Assembly (NCBI RefSeq): GCF_000150275.1
Contig: NW_002060949.1
Location: 2,539,836 to 2,603,835, forward strand
Length of the DNA: 64,000 nt
Direction: 5' to 3'
DNA from: Trichoplax adhaerens
Lineage: Eukaryota > Animalia > Placozoa
The notes beneath the pieces were generated by a model. The model ran no database searches, had not been told where the DNA came from, and worked only from the letters and a program-made list of their open reading frames with translations. Shown piece after piece: positions 15,284 through 29,400 of this stretch. A program made the translations under genes and the position numbers. Within the stretch, counting starts at the first letter, position 1; every line of letters begins with the position of its first letter.

Positions 15284-16062
15284 GAATGTGGTTGAAATTC
15301 AATCAAAGAAAGAAAAGACAATGGAAATGCCACTACAGTGCCTTATTTGTCGATTAGTCAATCGACCTTTAGTACTGTACAGTACGGTACAGTAATTACC
15401 AAGTCAATTTAATTGACTGGTACATTCATCGCCAATTTCATTCCTTGAGCACCACCAGCTAGAGCAAAAAGTACGCGCAATTCCCTTTGGCACGTAGTCT
15501 ATCGCATTCTACAGCATTTAGAGGTAAGAAAATGAAATTGTCGATAATTTTAACTAGCGCAAGACGACCATTTCTTTCTTTCATGGTAATCCTACTTCAG
15601 TTGGAATGCTATTTCCTCAATTTTGCAGTGAAAAATTTTTTTTCGAAGCCAGTTATTTACTGTAGTCAGTGTTGCAATGACGCTCGTTGAATTCTTCATA
15701 CTCTCTTTACCAGTATGACGCTAACTAAGGTGAATTGACTTGATTAATTCATTTTGCAACGCATGGTGAGATTGACCCTAACTCGATAACTAGCCTATCA
15801 TGTATATTTTATATGCATTGGATCATTTTTAATCCTCAAAATTACCTTTGTATGACTTGAAAAATCAACTGCTTAACGAAAAGGAGGAAAGAATTCAAGT
15901 CATGCTGATTAGTAGAAAATCAAGCATAGTTACCAAGCTGTTGTTGTCTTCCTGTAGCTGTATTTTTGTTTTTTTACCGATAAAATTTTTTTTCTTGTGG
16001 AGATCAATACAATAAGTCATTGTATAGCTAACTTGTATTTTTTTTTCTTTTCTTGTGATATG

Positions 16063-17100
16063 GATTGTGTAGAGGTCTTTCTCTCTTCCTTGACCTATTG
16101 AAGCATTATTATTCAGCCTTGTCTCTGTTTGTTATTACTGCATCAACTAGACAAAGTCAGCATTATTATTCAAATAGACACTGTTGTTCAGTACCATTCA
16201 TTGAGAATAGACACAGACACTAAGACTACCGGTTAAGAGAAAAGGTTACTGGTCGATCCTGTCAGTTATACATTAACCGAACAGGAATTACTTCAAGACA
16301 GCACGAAAAAAAACAACATCAAGCTGAGTCTGAATTTTTCCCCTCGACTTATCTACATTGTCAACTTAATTGGACTGCAAGCTTATCTCCTCTTAACGAC
16401 ATTACACTGACTTTGAAAATCATCCAAGCTTACTAGAAAAGAATTAGGGAGAAAAATTTTTTCTTTTCCCCATACTCAACAACTCATTAGCCTTTTACGC
16501 CAGTTAACAAAATCAAAGAGAAATTAAAGATTTATATAAAGCATCCTGAAGAAAACACGACGCAATTTCATCAGTGATTGATAATTATCATTTACGGTGA
16601 GAAAAAATATTGTTATTCATTACAACGGTTAATCAATCGTAGAGGTTTTTTATCTTTGAACGGCTTAATTTTCTAGTATACATTGACTGACTATTTAATG
16701 AATATTTAAATACAGAAAGGAAGTGGGTACTATTATACGCACTACCTTACCGGTCCTGTTGAAAAAGACAAAAGAGGCGACTTCTTCTACTTTGCTTGTC
16801 AGCGGCAATTAATAAAGCGCCGAGTGATCTTATCAAAAAGGAAAGGAAACTGATATTTGCGGAGTCTTGTTTGAACTATTTTTTTCGATAAATTGATTCC
16901 CTCAAAGCTGAATCTATTCATTTCCTTTTCGCCTTACGTGTGTGTGGGTGCAACGTGATTCGATCTCAACGGTCCAGCTGTTAATAACTTGGGTCACGCA
17001 GTAATCGCTTGAACCCTTTTGCTTCGTTGCAGTCAAGTGATTTTAGACTGTCAAAAATTTTTTTTCAAATCCCTCCAACCCCCACACTAGATTGATCATC
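16063..17100 (+). promoter_or_regulatory. Putative long Mos 5' leader with a single minimal uORF (16698-16709, ATG AAT ATT TAA)
   Basis: By manual count there is 1 ATG versus 19 CAT on the + strand across ~1040 nt directly upstream of the Mos start codon. Confidence 0.55.
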
Positions 17101-17985
17101 ATGGCCTGTGAATTATTTTCATTAATTTCTCCTCATTGGACAAATTCAACGTATGCTAAAGTTGATCATAATGAGTTAAACATTGAACGCCTATTAGGTA
17201 GCGGCGGTTTCGGTTCAGTTTATGAAGGTACCTACGGTAGTAAAAAAGTTGCAATTAAAAAACTACATCAACGTGGTAAAAATGAACGAGCGGCATTGGA
17301 TAGTTTTAAAGCAGAGGTCCTAGCTATGTCGCTTTTACACCATCCTAACATTGTTGAAACTGTAGCGATATCGACAGCATCTGATTGCCTACATGATTAT
17401 CCATTACTTATTATGGAATTAGCTGGCAGTCGTAACTTACAGGAGGTCCTCAACGATACCGATACGGAAGTGATCGATGTAAAAAGACGATTAAAATTTG
17501 CTCATCAGATTGCAATGGCATTGGAGTACACTCACTCATTTGGTATTGTGCATTTAGATTTAAAGCCTGCTAACGTCTTGATTACACCTGAAGATAATTG
17601 TAAGTTAGCCGATTTTGGATGTAGCCAAACCGTCCAAGAAGATGGCTCATGCGTTAATAGCCCGACACGGTCTTACTTAACTGGTACTTTTGCTTATACA
17701 GCACCGGAGTTATTACGTGGTTGTGATCCAACTACTAAAGCTGATATCTACTCATTTGCAATTTGTTTATGGCAATTAATTGCACGAGAGCGACCTTATG
17801 GATGTGAAAATCCACACGTCGTTATTTTTGCTGTAGTGGCATACAATCATCGTCCACCGATTACCACGCAAATGGAAATGGAAGAAGATTACCAGCATTT
17901 AGTTATGCAAGGTTGGAATGCTTGTCCATCTGATCGTCCAACAGCAGCAGACTGTGTTGAAGTATTAAAAAAGTTACAGCAATAG
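17101..17985 (+). CDS. MOS: Mos serine/threonine kinase (MAPKKK of oocyte meiotic maturation), intronless, 294 aa
   Basis: Single-exon kinase with LGSGGFGSVY, VAIKKL, SFKAE, HLDLKPANVLI, DFGCSQ, GTFAYTAPELLRG, KADIYSFAICLWQ and VIFAVVAYNHRP, all Mos-type motifs. ATG 17101 is in a good context (ATCATGG), with an in-frame TAG upstream at 17044-17046. Confidence 0.95.
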   Translation: MACELFSLISPHWTNSTYAKVDHNELNIERLLGSGGFGSVYEGTYGSKKVAIKKLHQRGKNERAALDSFKAEVLAMSLLHHPNIVETVAISTASDCLHDYPLLIMELAGSRNLQEVLNDTDTEVIDVKRRLKFAHQIAMALEYTHSFGIVHLDLKPANVLITPEDNCKLADFGCSQTVQEDGSCVNSPTRSYLTGTFAYTAPELLRGCDPTTKADIYSFAICLWQLIARERPYGCENPHVVIFAVVAYNHRPPITTQMEMEEDYQHLVMQGWNACPSDRPTAADCVEVLKKLQQ

Positions 17986-19068
17986 CCATCTCTTCTTATA
18001 TACTACTATAATAAATAAGCCATCATCAATTTTTTTCCGCGTTCGTTGGCCTTTTCATGACACTATTATTTGGATTCAAAAGCGAGTAGCTGGAAATACT
18101 GTATGTACTAAGTAAAGGGTTGATATAGTAGTATGTGGGAAAAATTTTTTTTTCGATTTTTAATAGTTTCTTTCTTCACAATTTTTTTTGGAAGGGGAGA
18201 AAAAGAGCTGTAAAGCTATATCCTTCCTACAAATCATCAATCGTTGAATTAAAGTCATTGAGTCAGTGATCGTTATGTTAACTAAGTTATATCTACCGAT
18301 TGTACAGTACCATGTCGATAGATGGTCTGTCTAAATCTACGAAATTAGTGAAATAGATTCGTTTTGCAATTTGGCAAGGCAGTTATATCTTCGCGTATCA
18401 ATATTGTTCGATTGTATACTTTTTCCAACTATACTGTATAGTACATATATTATTCAACTGAACGTATAAATGATCTCGTTTAGCCATATTTCTCCGTAAT
18501 TTATAAAGTATGCCCATATGAAAACTAGTCTTGGTACAGAAGCATACGACAGCGTTTATTCTCTAAATTAAAACTTTATCATGCAAAATTTATTAGACGG
18601 AATATATTTGTCGACGATCTTGTTAATCTGACATGTTTAAGAATTTTTTTTGTATATTTTAAAGACTAATGGAAATGATTTGTTGAATGAATCATGAAAT
18701 CAATCTTGATGGTCGATATTGGTTATCATTCATGTTCTATATTTATTAGTTATTCTATTTGCTTTAAATAGTGTACCCAAGGTACTATTAATTATGATAT
18801 GAGTTATTTTCGAGATCGTTAAAAAATTTCTAGTATGATGAAAACATTTTGTTAGCCTACTACGCTTTATCGGCGTTTATTGTATTATAGTCCATTTGCA
18901 GTCTTCATTTTCATCATGAAAACTACGTATGCATTTTCTTGTTGTTATACATACAGAAAATATATTTTCATTTGCTGTAAAATTACTAATTTGAGTGCAG
19001 AGCACCGAAATTTTCATAATCTAATGATTGATAAAACGCTGTCAAGTCTTCACGTTTACATATAAATT

Positions 19069-19088
19069 TATATATATATATATATATA
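19069..19088. repeat. (TA)10 microsatellite
   Basis: Direct reading of the sequence. Confidence 0.9.
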
Positions 19089-19986
19089 TGGATATAGTAA
19101 GAGTGTAAACTATTCATATCGTTTAAACTATTACTGTATTATCTCATGAAATACTTTCTAGAATTACTTTTACGTCATGTAAAGTATATAATCGTGATTT
19201 ACTGCTGCTGTTTTTCGTTCAGAAAACACTGTATTACAAGTTGATTGAAAATTTTTTTCTTGTAACTTTGAAAAATAATAATTTTATGTTTTTTGTTTGT
19301 TATATGGTATTACGAAATTAACATTGATTATTAATTAATTATTAATGCTAAGTTCCCTCCATCTTGCTGTGATAATATTGATACGTTGTTTTGTATGATA
19401 TGCATATGTTTGTCAATAACTGTAACTGTTATGCGTATGATTGCTATACTTTACTACCTACCTGCTTAATAACTAGTAAGTTAATGCAAAGTCAGTAAGA
19501 ATGATGATGACAGTTAATATTGTGAATGCGTATTTTGAGATTATGATAAAATCTGTTCTCAGTTATGCTGGTGTTCTATATTTTTCAGCTCGTGGCTGAT
19601 TATTATGATCCTAAAGTATAAATTATTAATATACATAAAATAACCTGTCTTATAATAATTATTACTACTACGCATAGCTGGATATACTTTATTTTACGTA
19701 TCGTTTTTCTGCTTAATTTGAAAATGGAATATTAACTAGTCATCTAGTTTTGTCATCGTACATCCATAATTACGATATTGTGATTCAAGGCAGGTGCTGT
19801 CTATGTAAGAAATATTTGTATGACTACTTCTGTAACTTTTGCGTTGATATCATCAATATTATATTCAGGTCATTTTTCAATAATGTATCTTCTGAACTAA
19901 AATTACGTAAAATTTTGACAAACTTTACGAAACAACTTTGAGGGAGTATTCGATGAAGCAATTTTTCATTTGAAAATATCGTGCTC

Positions 19987-20009
19987 TTATTATTATTATT
20001 ATTATTATT
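19987..20009. repeat. (TTA)n microsatellite
   Basis: ttattattattattattattatt, with a second short run at ~20021-20032. Confidence 0.85.
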
Positions 20010-23000
20010 GTTTAATAATATTATTATTATTATGATAAAATGGAGATTTCATGTTGTCTACATCATTGACGGTAGATTATTTAAATTATAATTTATTATT
20101 GCTTGAAAATAAAGCATATTCATTGGGAAAAAACGCCTATTGAAATTTGGTGATTATACTGTGCAATGTAATTTTTCCATGATAGTAAGAGTCGATAAGA
20201 GAGTTTACAGCAGCAATTAAGGATAACTTAAAGAATAAGAAGAAAGTGACCTGTTTCCTCTACTGTAACTTGATCATTACCAATTCATAATACAATTTCA
20301 ATTAGGAATTATTTTTCCATTTAAGACAAGAAAAAATATTTATTTTATCTTTCTCTTCATAAATTTTAAGTTCTTATAAAGTCATATAAAAGGAATAATT
20401 TATTTTCTCTTCCTGTTAGTACGGAGAAAATGAAAATGGCTTAATATAGCAAATAGTTGGTTTACTACTTTGAAAATTGATTCAGTAATAGAGTTTAATG
20501 GGCCATATATCACATACTGATCTTAACTGCTACTGGGGCACCAAAGTAAAGTATACGGGACTACCGTAATTGTCTAAGTAGCTGATGGATAGGATTCGTC
20601 AAATTGTAGTAAATTAAGAAAGCCGATTCGAAATTAATTCACTACGGTATGGAGAATCAATGTTCGAAGCGCGTTAAACATTTTTCGATTACTTCATTTA
20701 TGTAATTTTTAAATTTTAATGTTATTAAACTTCTAGGAACTTTACTAATTGCATTACCAATGGCATTCACTTAGCCCATAATAACACTTCGTTAAACAGC
20801 TGGATGATCAAGGTGTTAATATTGCATCGCTCCAGCATAAGTGATAAGTTATTAGCCATGTAAATGACTAATTTGTTATTTGGAGGCTGTGAATAACATT
20901 AACAGAACTGTTAGCGATAAAATTTCTCATTCTAATGTACATGATTGTATTAATTCCACCATAATAAGGCGGTTGCAATTTCAATTTTGCATTACACGCT
21001 GTACGCGTATTCACAAGTAGCGTGGATCACAGTAAAATTATCAGCGTCTTGACCATGTTATTTTGTCTCTTATCGTTGCAATAATACATTAATCCAAAGT
21101 AATCTTTTGTACCTTACGTAATCTAAATATTATTTATTTTTTTAGCATAGAACACGGTATCTGTAGCTACTACTGTTAAATAGACTTGCAATATTGGTTC
21201 ATAGAATGGAGACGCTATTTCTTTTTTCCATTTAAAATTTTACAGCGAAAAATTGGTCATAAATGGTTGCCGCTGTACATTGTGTCTAGGTTAAAGGATG
21301 ATTGTAAAGGGATGCTATTCAGTAAAAGCAAATACATTATAAATAAAATTAGCTATTATTGGAAATATGATGCATGATTGATTAATTGATTGATTAATCA
21401 ATTTAAAAACTTTACTCCAACTTAGTAGAATGTCTGCTTTATATAGACGGAGAATTTAATTGCGTAACCAAAAAATTTGAGCGTTGGCGTTGATGCATTA
21501 GCTAATGATAGAATATATCACTAATCACATTACACTCTATCGTACTGTTCCAGTAAGTCAAATTGGATTAAGGTTGTTGTAATGCTATTTTTAGCTTAGC
21601 TATATCAGTAAGATCGTTGTTTATGGTGCAGAATTTATAGAGGCAATATGGGGAATGGCCGGTAACTACATTTACAAATCACAGTAGTTCAGTCTTTTAT
21701 TAATGAATCTTGTCCTTATTGGTAGTAATTAATTAAAACTACACATCGTAATATCTCAATATAGTAATCGCATTACTATCCTGTAAGTAAGGATTTTTCA
21801 ATGGTGGAAGTACAATCAGTGTAACTTCATAAGATATTAAATTTTGACGATTGAAGTAAAAACTGCTGTACAGTAGCGGAATTAGTTACTAATAATAAAG
21901 TCCTACGGTTTTATGAATCGGCTTTACAGTAATTGTGATTGCAATGATTAATAAGTTATGAGGGTAAAAAATATAGTGAGACTACAAGATAGTCGAATTA
22001 GCTGTAGTGGTAGCGGTTCTTAATTAATTATCAATTAATAAAAAAGATTTTCCATATTGTACGGTAGATGAATTTTATGTCGTGGCGTGGCGTTGTCGTT
22101 ACAGCTCATGGTAACCATTTGCTCGTAACCTTAAACTGTGCGACGGAGGTAATTCCCAACGGTGCCGTACGTAGCCTGTGGCTATTAATCCATATTATTC
22201 ACATTAAAGATTGCTAAACGAGACATATTTTTTTGCTGAACCCCTTTAGTACCTACTGTGCAGCTCGGGGCAGCGATAGGATTATTTTTTTCCATGCGCT
22301 TTATCAAAGTAAAATTTCATGCAGAGTAAAACTGTCTGCTTTCACCTTATGGATTTTTTTTCAACCTTGCCCACGCATCTAACTTATCACTAAGCATAAG
22401 CTATGTAGAAATCTTTAAGGCCACTAGAACGTGGCATTGCAGTAAAAAATCTTTCTGTAAATCACTCCCTTCAACGGTTTTACGATTAATCCAATATTTT
22501 ACGGTAATTATATTAATGCCACGCCTTTATCGATCAGGGCCGTACTAGAGTCCAGTGAATGCAAGCTAAAAGTACTGTGATTATAATGAGCATTCCTTTC
22601 ACACCAGTACCACTTTTCCTCGTAATAAATTTTAATTCTTACAACATTGCTAATTTAAACCACAATGAAAACGTCTAATTATGACCATTATCGTTATTGC
22701 CATAATGACAATGCTAATCTTTCTATGGCAGAATATGATTGTGTCAACTTTGTTGTCACGACTGTTGTCTAAATCATATTGTTGGACTCATTTACCAGTT
22801 GGATACTATCAGACTAAATGATAAGTATTACAAGAATTTAGCTTTAAAGGTTATTCATAACTTATTGTCACGTAAATCGAGTTCAATAGTTCACTTACGT
22901 TGTATCAGTCGATACAATTCTGCTATTGATTTCTTTATTAATGAAATCAGATTGATTTAAATAATTGGTCGAAATATCTTCCCTGCCCCCAGCTTATTAT

Positions 23001-23462
23001 CTTATGTCCTACTGTACTAGAAATGGAATAGAAATGCTAAAATTGTCCTAAAAATATTAAAATATGGTCTAAACTATCACTTTTCATAATCTATCGTTAA
23101 CTATAATGATCGGTAAAAACGTTTAAATCTACCCTAAAATACTGAAATAGAGCATAAATTATCATCCTCGATTATTTACCGTCTTCTACGTGATTGTTTT
23201 TGATCGTTTAAGATGATGAGGATATCTATAAAATTGATTTCTGTAGAAGTAGGTTAATAATAATGCATACTGAGTCCATATCATTTATTTCCACCTGTCA
23301 AGAGTACCGTAGTTATAAATATATAGTACATGTAAGCCCGTAAGTACTAGCACTGGAACTTTAGATCTTGCACTAGAGCTATTTGTGTAACCTCTACGGG
23401 ACGCACATGCACACATCGGATAGTTCCTAATATTTACTACCGTTTACTCGCTCTTCCATCAT

Positions 23463-23499
23463 TAGTAAAGACTAATATAATCTTGATTAGTCTTTACTA
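23463..23499. repeat. Perfect inverted repeat (14-bp arms, 9-nt loop)
   Basis: TAGTAAAGACTAAT-ataatcttg-ATTAGTCTTTACTA. Confidence 0.85.
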
Positions 23500-26400
23500 T
23501 CACTAAAATAAATAGATGCTATCAGTTTCGTTCGTACTAAGATCATATCAATTTAAAATCATCATCAGGCATACTACAGATGAAATTGCTAATCCTATTG
23601 CTAACTCCACATTTGTATATATGCCAATTACAAAGTTCGATGAAATTTGTCTATCTACGAGTAAATGTAAACGCCCGCACATCTCGTGATAATCGCAAGA
23701 TGAGTCATTGCTATGACTCACAAGCCATTGAGCTTATTTAGTTATTATTTACTATTATCTGTCATTTTATATTTACCCCTCTACATTCTATCATAAACAG
23801 TACTGGTAATCGATCTTTATCCCGTTATATCTACCCTATAATTCAAATTATTACTTCATATTCCAGCCGTTTCATAAATTTTTCCATAAATTTCGAGAGT
23901 AGAACTTTTTAAAATTTGTGTCTTATAACTTTTGATCGCATTCGATTGCAACTTTTTTTAATTAACAATGTCTATATAAAATGAATGGAAAAAGTATCTC
24001 TGTGTTGATGTCAAATAGATGGATGCATACACTTTTCAAGCTACTATTTTACTCTACCCGTGAAATAGTAGACCAATTGAAGATTTGTCAGTTTAGAATA
24101 GAAGTAAGCCAACAATAAGGCGGACAATTGTTATCATTGTTTCATATATACTACCAAGTAATCTTGTACTACGAATAATCCATTAGATAATAATTTATTC
24201 ACGCCATTTATATGTTTTACGTCACTTTAACATTAGTCTATTATTATTATTTTTAGTTTAATTATTTCTTCTATTCTATCGGTACAAGCAAAAATCATTA
24301 TTTCAACGTGATAACAATAGGCACAAATCGCACAATCATAACAATTAGCTTCGATATTGTATATAATTGTGGCTAAATTATATACGTAGTTGTATTATGT
24401 ATGATTTCTATTGCTAATGACGCTGGAATGACGTAGATTCTGCAGTCTCTGCGTCGTATCTCTATCTATAGCCCACGGGACATATTCAATTCAATATGTA
24501 GTTGGTCAAATACAATCTATGTATGTCACAATTAGAGATAAGTTACAAATTAAAAGAATTAAAAGTATATCTTTATGTCAAACGTAAATGTTTGAAGGCA
24601 TTTACTAATATGAAATAATGATTGCTAAATCGTGAGATTGTTAGCGAATTTCAAAGACTATTTTAGCTTAGCTCAAGGTTAATGTACTCGTATTATCGCT
24701 GCATGTTGTATAGCTCTAAGGCTAGAATTAAGCTTACTTTATTAATTGTTTGTAAATGAGTCAACTGCTCGCATCCTGTATTTCTTGAGTGGGTGTGGGA
24801 ACGGGAGCGATACATATTACAATCTTATTTGATAGAAATCAAAACAGGCCTAGCCTAATTAGCTTTATTTACCACTTCATAATTGCCTAAAGACATTTGA
24901 ATTCCATTAGTAAGGTCTAAATGTGCTAAGTAACTATTATAACTCAACAGGCTTTCAATAGTTACCGAATTAAAAAATTGTATTTCTAGACTGACTATGA
25001 GGTATAAAATAACTGAATGATTATAATCCTGTTTACGTTCTGCTTCTGGCTATAAATAAGAATATAAAAATTTGTATACATCTTTATGTGTTATTAGTAG
25101 AAACTATAGCTTAAATCTATGCCATTAATAGTTTAATTGCAAATTTTTACCTCCATATACTGATTGTTTATCCCATTGCTATGCTGTCGCATGTACGAAG
25201 TATGACGTGTAACTATTTTATTAACTATATGTTATAAAATAAATACGTTTACTGAATAGCATAATATATAACCTTAGGTGAATACAAAGCTAGGCATGTT
25301 CGCATACGTGAGGAAGTAAACTTAACACAATGCGCAAAGAGGTAACGATGTCATATCGTATACATATCGGATAGAAACATTAATAAATCTCTACTTATAA
25401 TAGTTGCATTACAGTCCGACAGAAGTAAGATTGTAGTGAATTATGGTAGTAAATGTAAAGAAATAGATGAGAAGATGATAGTGTTGCATATAATTACTAT
25501 TCCATACTTAGTATTGCAAGGTTCTATATACTGATTATTTTAAATTACCGATGAAATTCTTTTACCACTGTCTATCTCGCATGCATAATCCATATATATC
25601 TCTATTGGCGTGTATTATCCATGTCAAGTATAGAAAATATCATACCATTAATTATTAATGAAGATTGTATTTTGAATGTAAATTATGAAAGGGTTATTAA
25701 GAGCAGAACTGTAGGATGCTAATCAGCAGGGTGCAGAAGAATGGTTTGCTTATTAGTGGTTGTTATGATAAATATGAAAAGACATAAACCAATGTTGGTA
25801 TCGTTTGCTTATGTATTTTCTGTACTTATAATTTCCATTAAAGAGCGGCAGAATAGGGAAATCTTTTTTTTTCTAGGCATTCATATTGAACAATGTGTTG
25901 GCTTAGTTGATTACAGTTAATCGGATTGGTACGAGGCCGCGCCTACTTCCTTCCTGTGTAGCTAAGTAGGATTTTATACTTGTGCACCAGTAGAGTTTTT
26001 TCGTAATTTCGTAATGTGAGATAATAATATGAAAGTCTAATTTGCGGAATGATACTTGAGCTGCAGACTGTACTAATTTGCAATCTTGAAGGGATTGTTA
26101 TTGGTAAAATTTCATTGTATACATAGTATGCATACGGTAATTACTGGATATGGTATTTAATACTAGCAATGTATTGATAATGAATTGATACTAGTTCAGC
26201 TACAGTAGCGATCCAATATTTATCAAATGATGCTTCCATTTACAATGATAACTTACTATTAGTTCATATTCAATATTGCTCTCAAATACTGTTTATTGCA
26301 CTTAGTGAAGTTAACATGGAAAAGTAACCTGCACAAAGAAGCTAAGAGAGTCGACTCGTGTACCTTGGTCTGTAACGTTTGCGGACACTAATATTGTATT

Positions 26401-29400
26401 GCTATGATGAAAAACGAACAAGATACCCTAAACAACATAGATAACTTTAATTGATGTATAGTGCAATTCCAGTATGGATTTAATTTAAGCCAACTTGTAT
26501 GGTAAGTATTTCGGCTACTCGCTTCGTTATGCAACATCCGAGTCGCATAATTGTAGGAAAACATACGAAAGCACAGCCACAGTATTGGAACCTACGGCAA
26601 AGTCTAGCAGATAGATGGACTCTACCCTTTAGTCTCTACGGGATTTCTAGTCTTAGACTGTGGTCAAAGACTAGCTTCAGACAACTCAAATATAGAATTA
26701 GCTGGGTTCGATGTCCAATCACTCGCAGTATATGCATTTATGCATACTATAAAATAATGATTCAGGACGCCTGATATCTACATTATCTTCCGGCATGCAA
26801 TTAAATTTCGAGGTATATTGTATTTACATAGTTCACATAGTGAACTTAGCACTAGAAAGTAGATAAAGTGAACTATATCCTTACCCTACAGGAGTTGATA
26901 CACCATGCTAATTACGTTTAGGTATACTATTGAATCTTGCAGTATGCGTATATTGCAATTGCTTAATTATTGTAGTAAACTCAAGATACTTGAATTAATA
27001 CACGAACCAAAAAACCATATCGACAATTTTCCTAATAGTTGTTAGATTGCATATAGATCTACTAGATTTGCATATCAACTCTTTTCCTAAACGAATTATT
27101 TCCTTTGCACATTACTCGTAACTATTGTTCTAATATGTCATAACTGGTATAATTACGTAAGTGGCGATTAAGCGGCTAATTCCTAAAATAGTTTTATGAA
27201 TTTATATGATTGTACGCTACTATTTTCATAAATTTCTTGCACTATGAGCTCTGTACAGAGATCATCTGTCTGGACAGCAGTGGTCCAGCTACTAGTTTAA
27301 GCGTAAGCAAAAGCCTTTCTTTATTTTATGAGATGCAAAATCATGCTAGTGATATTTTAAAATATACTGTAACCTTTCATGCTTCGCTTAATAATTTCGT
27401 CACGTAGTGTGCAGATTATACCCTTTTTTCTACGACACATGTGGCGTGCAAATTATTACAGTCTTCCGGCCTAGCCTTCTAGATTAATAAAGGCTAGCGT
27501 ATAATTTGTGCACACCTGGTAAATATTTATTGTTATACTGCACATATTTTGTACTTTTAAAATTAATTATATATTATTTCTAAGGCAATAATACAACTGG
27601 TAATGCGATCTGTATCCGTATCTGAACTATTTGATATTGGTTTATAGAATTTGTCCCAATTTATTTCCTTCTATAGATTAGGTCTACTATGGGTAATTTA
27701 TACAAGTATTTACGGAAAATGACACTAAAAACTATTCCAGTGTGGAATTTTCATAACAATTTTAGATAAATTTGATACGATTTGGTACTGTACCACAATT
27801 TGTCGAGTTATTTGTCAAATAATTCTGCTATACATCCCGTAGGATTATTTTCATTTTACAGTTGTTAAAATTACGATGAATGTCATCATCTTGCGGAAAT
27901 TAAATATCCGGCAAAAGTTAAATCTATTCATGAATTAATTATTATGCGAAGATAGAGTTTATTAAATCGTATCTGTAAATTATGATGAGTTCCATATTTG
28001 ATTATAAATTTGACAAGATTAAGTCGCTAATATTAATGCTAAGGTTAAATTTCTATGAGAATAGTTTTTGAGGCTGCTCTTTAGCTATAATGCAAAGGAA
28101 ATAAAACTGCAATTCTAGGTGGATTATCCGGCCACATAGTAATCTTTAATAATTCTATATGTAATTATGATTTATTAAAAGTAGGAATACATTACTTCTA
28201 AACTAGCATGACCGAGAGTCATTTTACTAGTCAGGGTTTTATTGCATTACACCATGTGTCTACAAGGCACGAATAAACACCGTAGGAGACAGGAAAATAA
28301 TTTATGCATTGTTAGGCATACATTCTTTGAATGCTTGCATACTTGTGTATATCTCTAAGCCATTTCTATTGATTACAGGTACCTGGTACTTTCTTCAAAT
28401 TTATTTTTACGAGTATGCGTAATATCTAGCCTTAAATCATCTTATTTCTTTAGCTCGACAATTTTTACCACAAAAGTAATCATTTTAGAATGTTATTACC
28501 TAATGAAATCCGCTTCAGAATTACTTAAATAAATTTAAACAGCGCAGTCATAACAAGGATAGCTTATAAAAATTTATAGTACTAAACTCTATGAGGGAAT
28601 GTAAATGAATAAAGTAGTTGAAAAGGTTATTAGCTACATTGCTAGCTCTTGCACACATTTGACCCTCAAAGGACACTACATCAAGTTTAGGTATACGAGT
28701 ATAATTAATAAGTTGCATACTATTTGTCTAGTCAGCTGGTGGATGTTGCAATAAATTGTAATAGTAATAAAGAAACCATATCATTTAATTATGTCTCACT
28801 GCAGTCGCCTGCAGTCTGGCAGCTGTATAAGATTAATTATTTTGTTATCGAAGAAATAAAACTAATTAATGGAAGATAATACTAAAGCATAGCAATTATA
28901 ATAGAAGGCCAATGTATTCGATCACAAAGGACACTGGAATATATTCATGAAAGTACGTTCCAGTTGAGCACGGAATTAGACTGTAGAGTTATAGCACCAT
29001 TAGATGCATTAGCTTCGGACGTGGTAGATGCATGGGTAGTGGCAAGCAATTTAAAATTAAAAACTACGGGGAATCGATGGAATAATGATTAAGATTGAAA
29101 AGTACTGATAATTGTACAGTTTTTCTACTAATTAGCTAATGATATGACGCATTGCCGCATACATACCCTAGCATGACAAAAACAACGTATTGTAGAAAGG
29201 AAAGATATGAGATTATAACTACACCTGTACAGCATCATGTCAACGAGTCTTTACAACATAATTCGACATAGACGTAAAGCACGATCCTGCATGGCCAACT
29301 AATACGTGTGCAAGGTAAGGGTATTGCCGTAAGGCATGCAAACATATAGTTCGTTTTTGTTTTTCTACTATCACATTTAAAATAGCTCGACTTTGGCTAC

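Noticed and set aside
5037-16000. Numerous 60-85 aa ORFs in the ORF track between XKR and Mos
   Set aside because: No recognisable domains, many TTG/GTG starts, no phase-consistent exon chains, and composition typical of AT-rich non-coding DNA.
17092-17100. TTG start for Mos given by the ORF track
   Set aside because: This is a eukaryotic gene, and the ATG at 17101 in strong Kozak context is the likely start.
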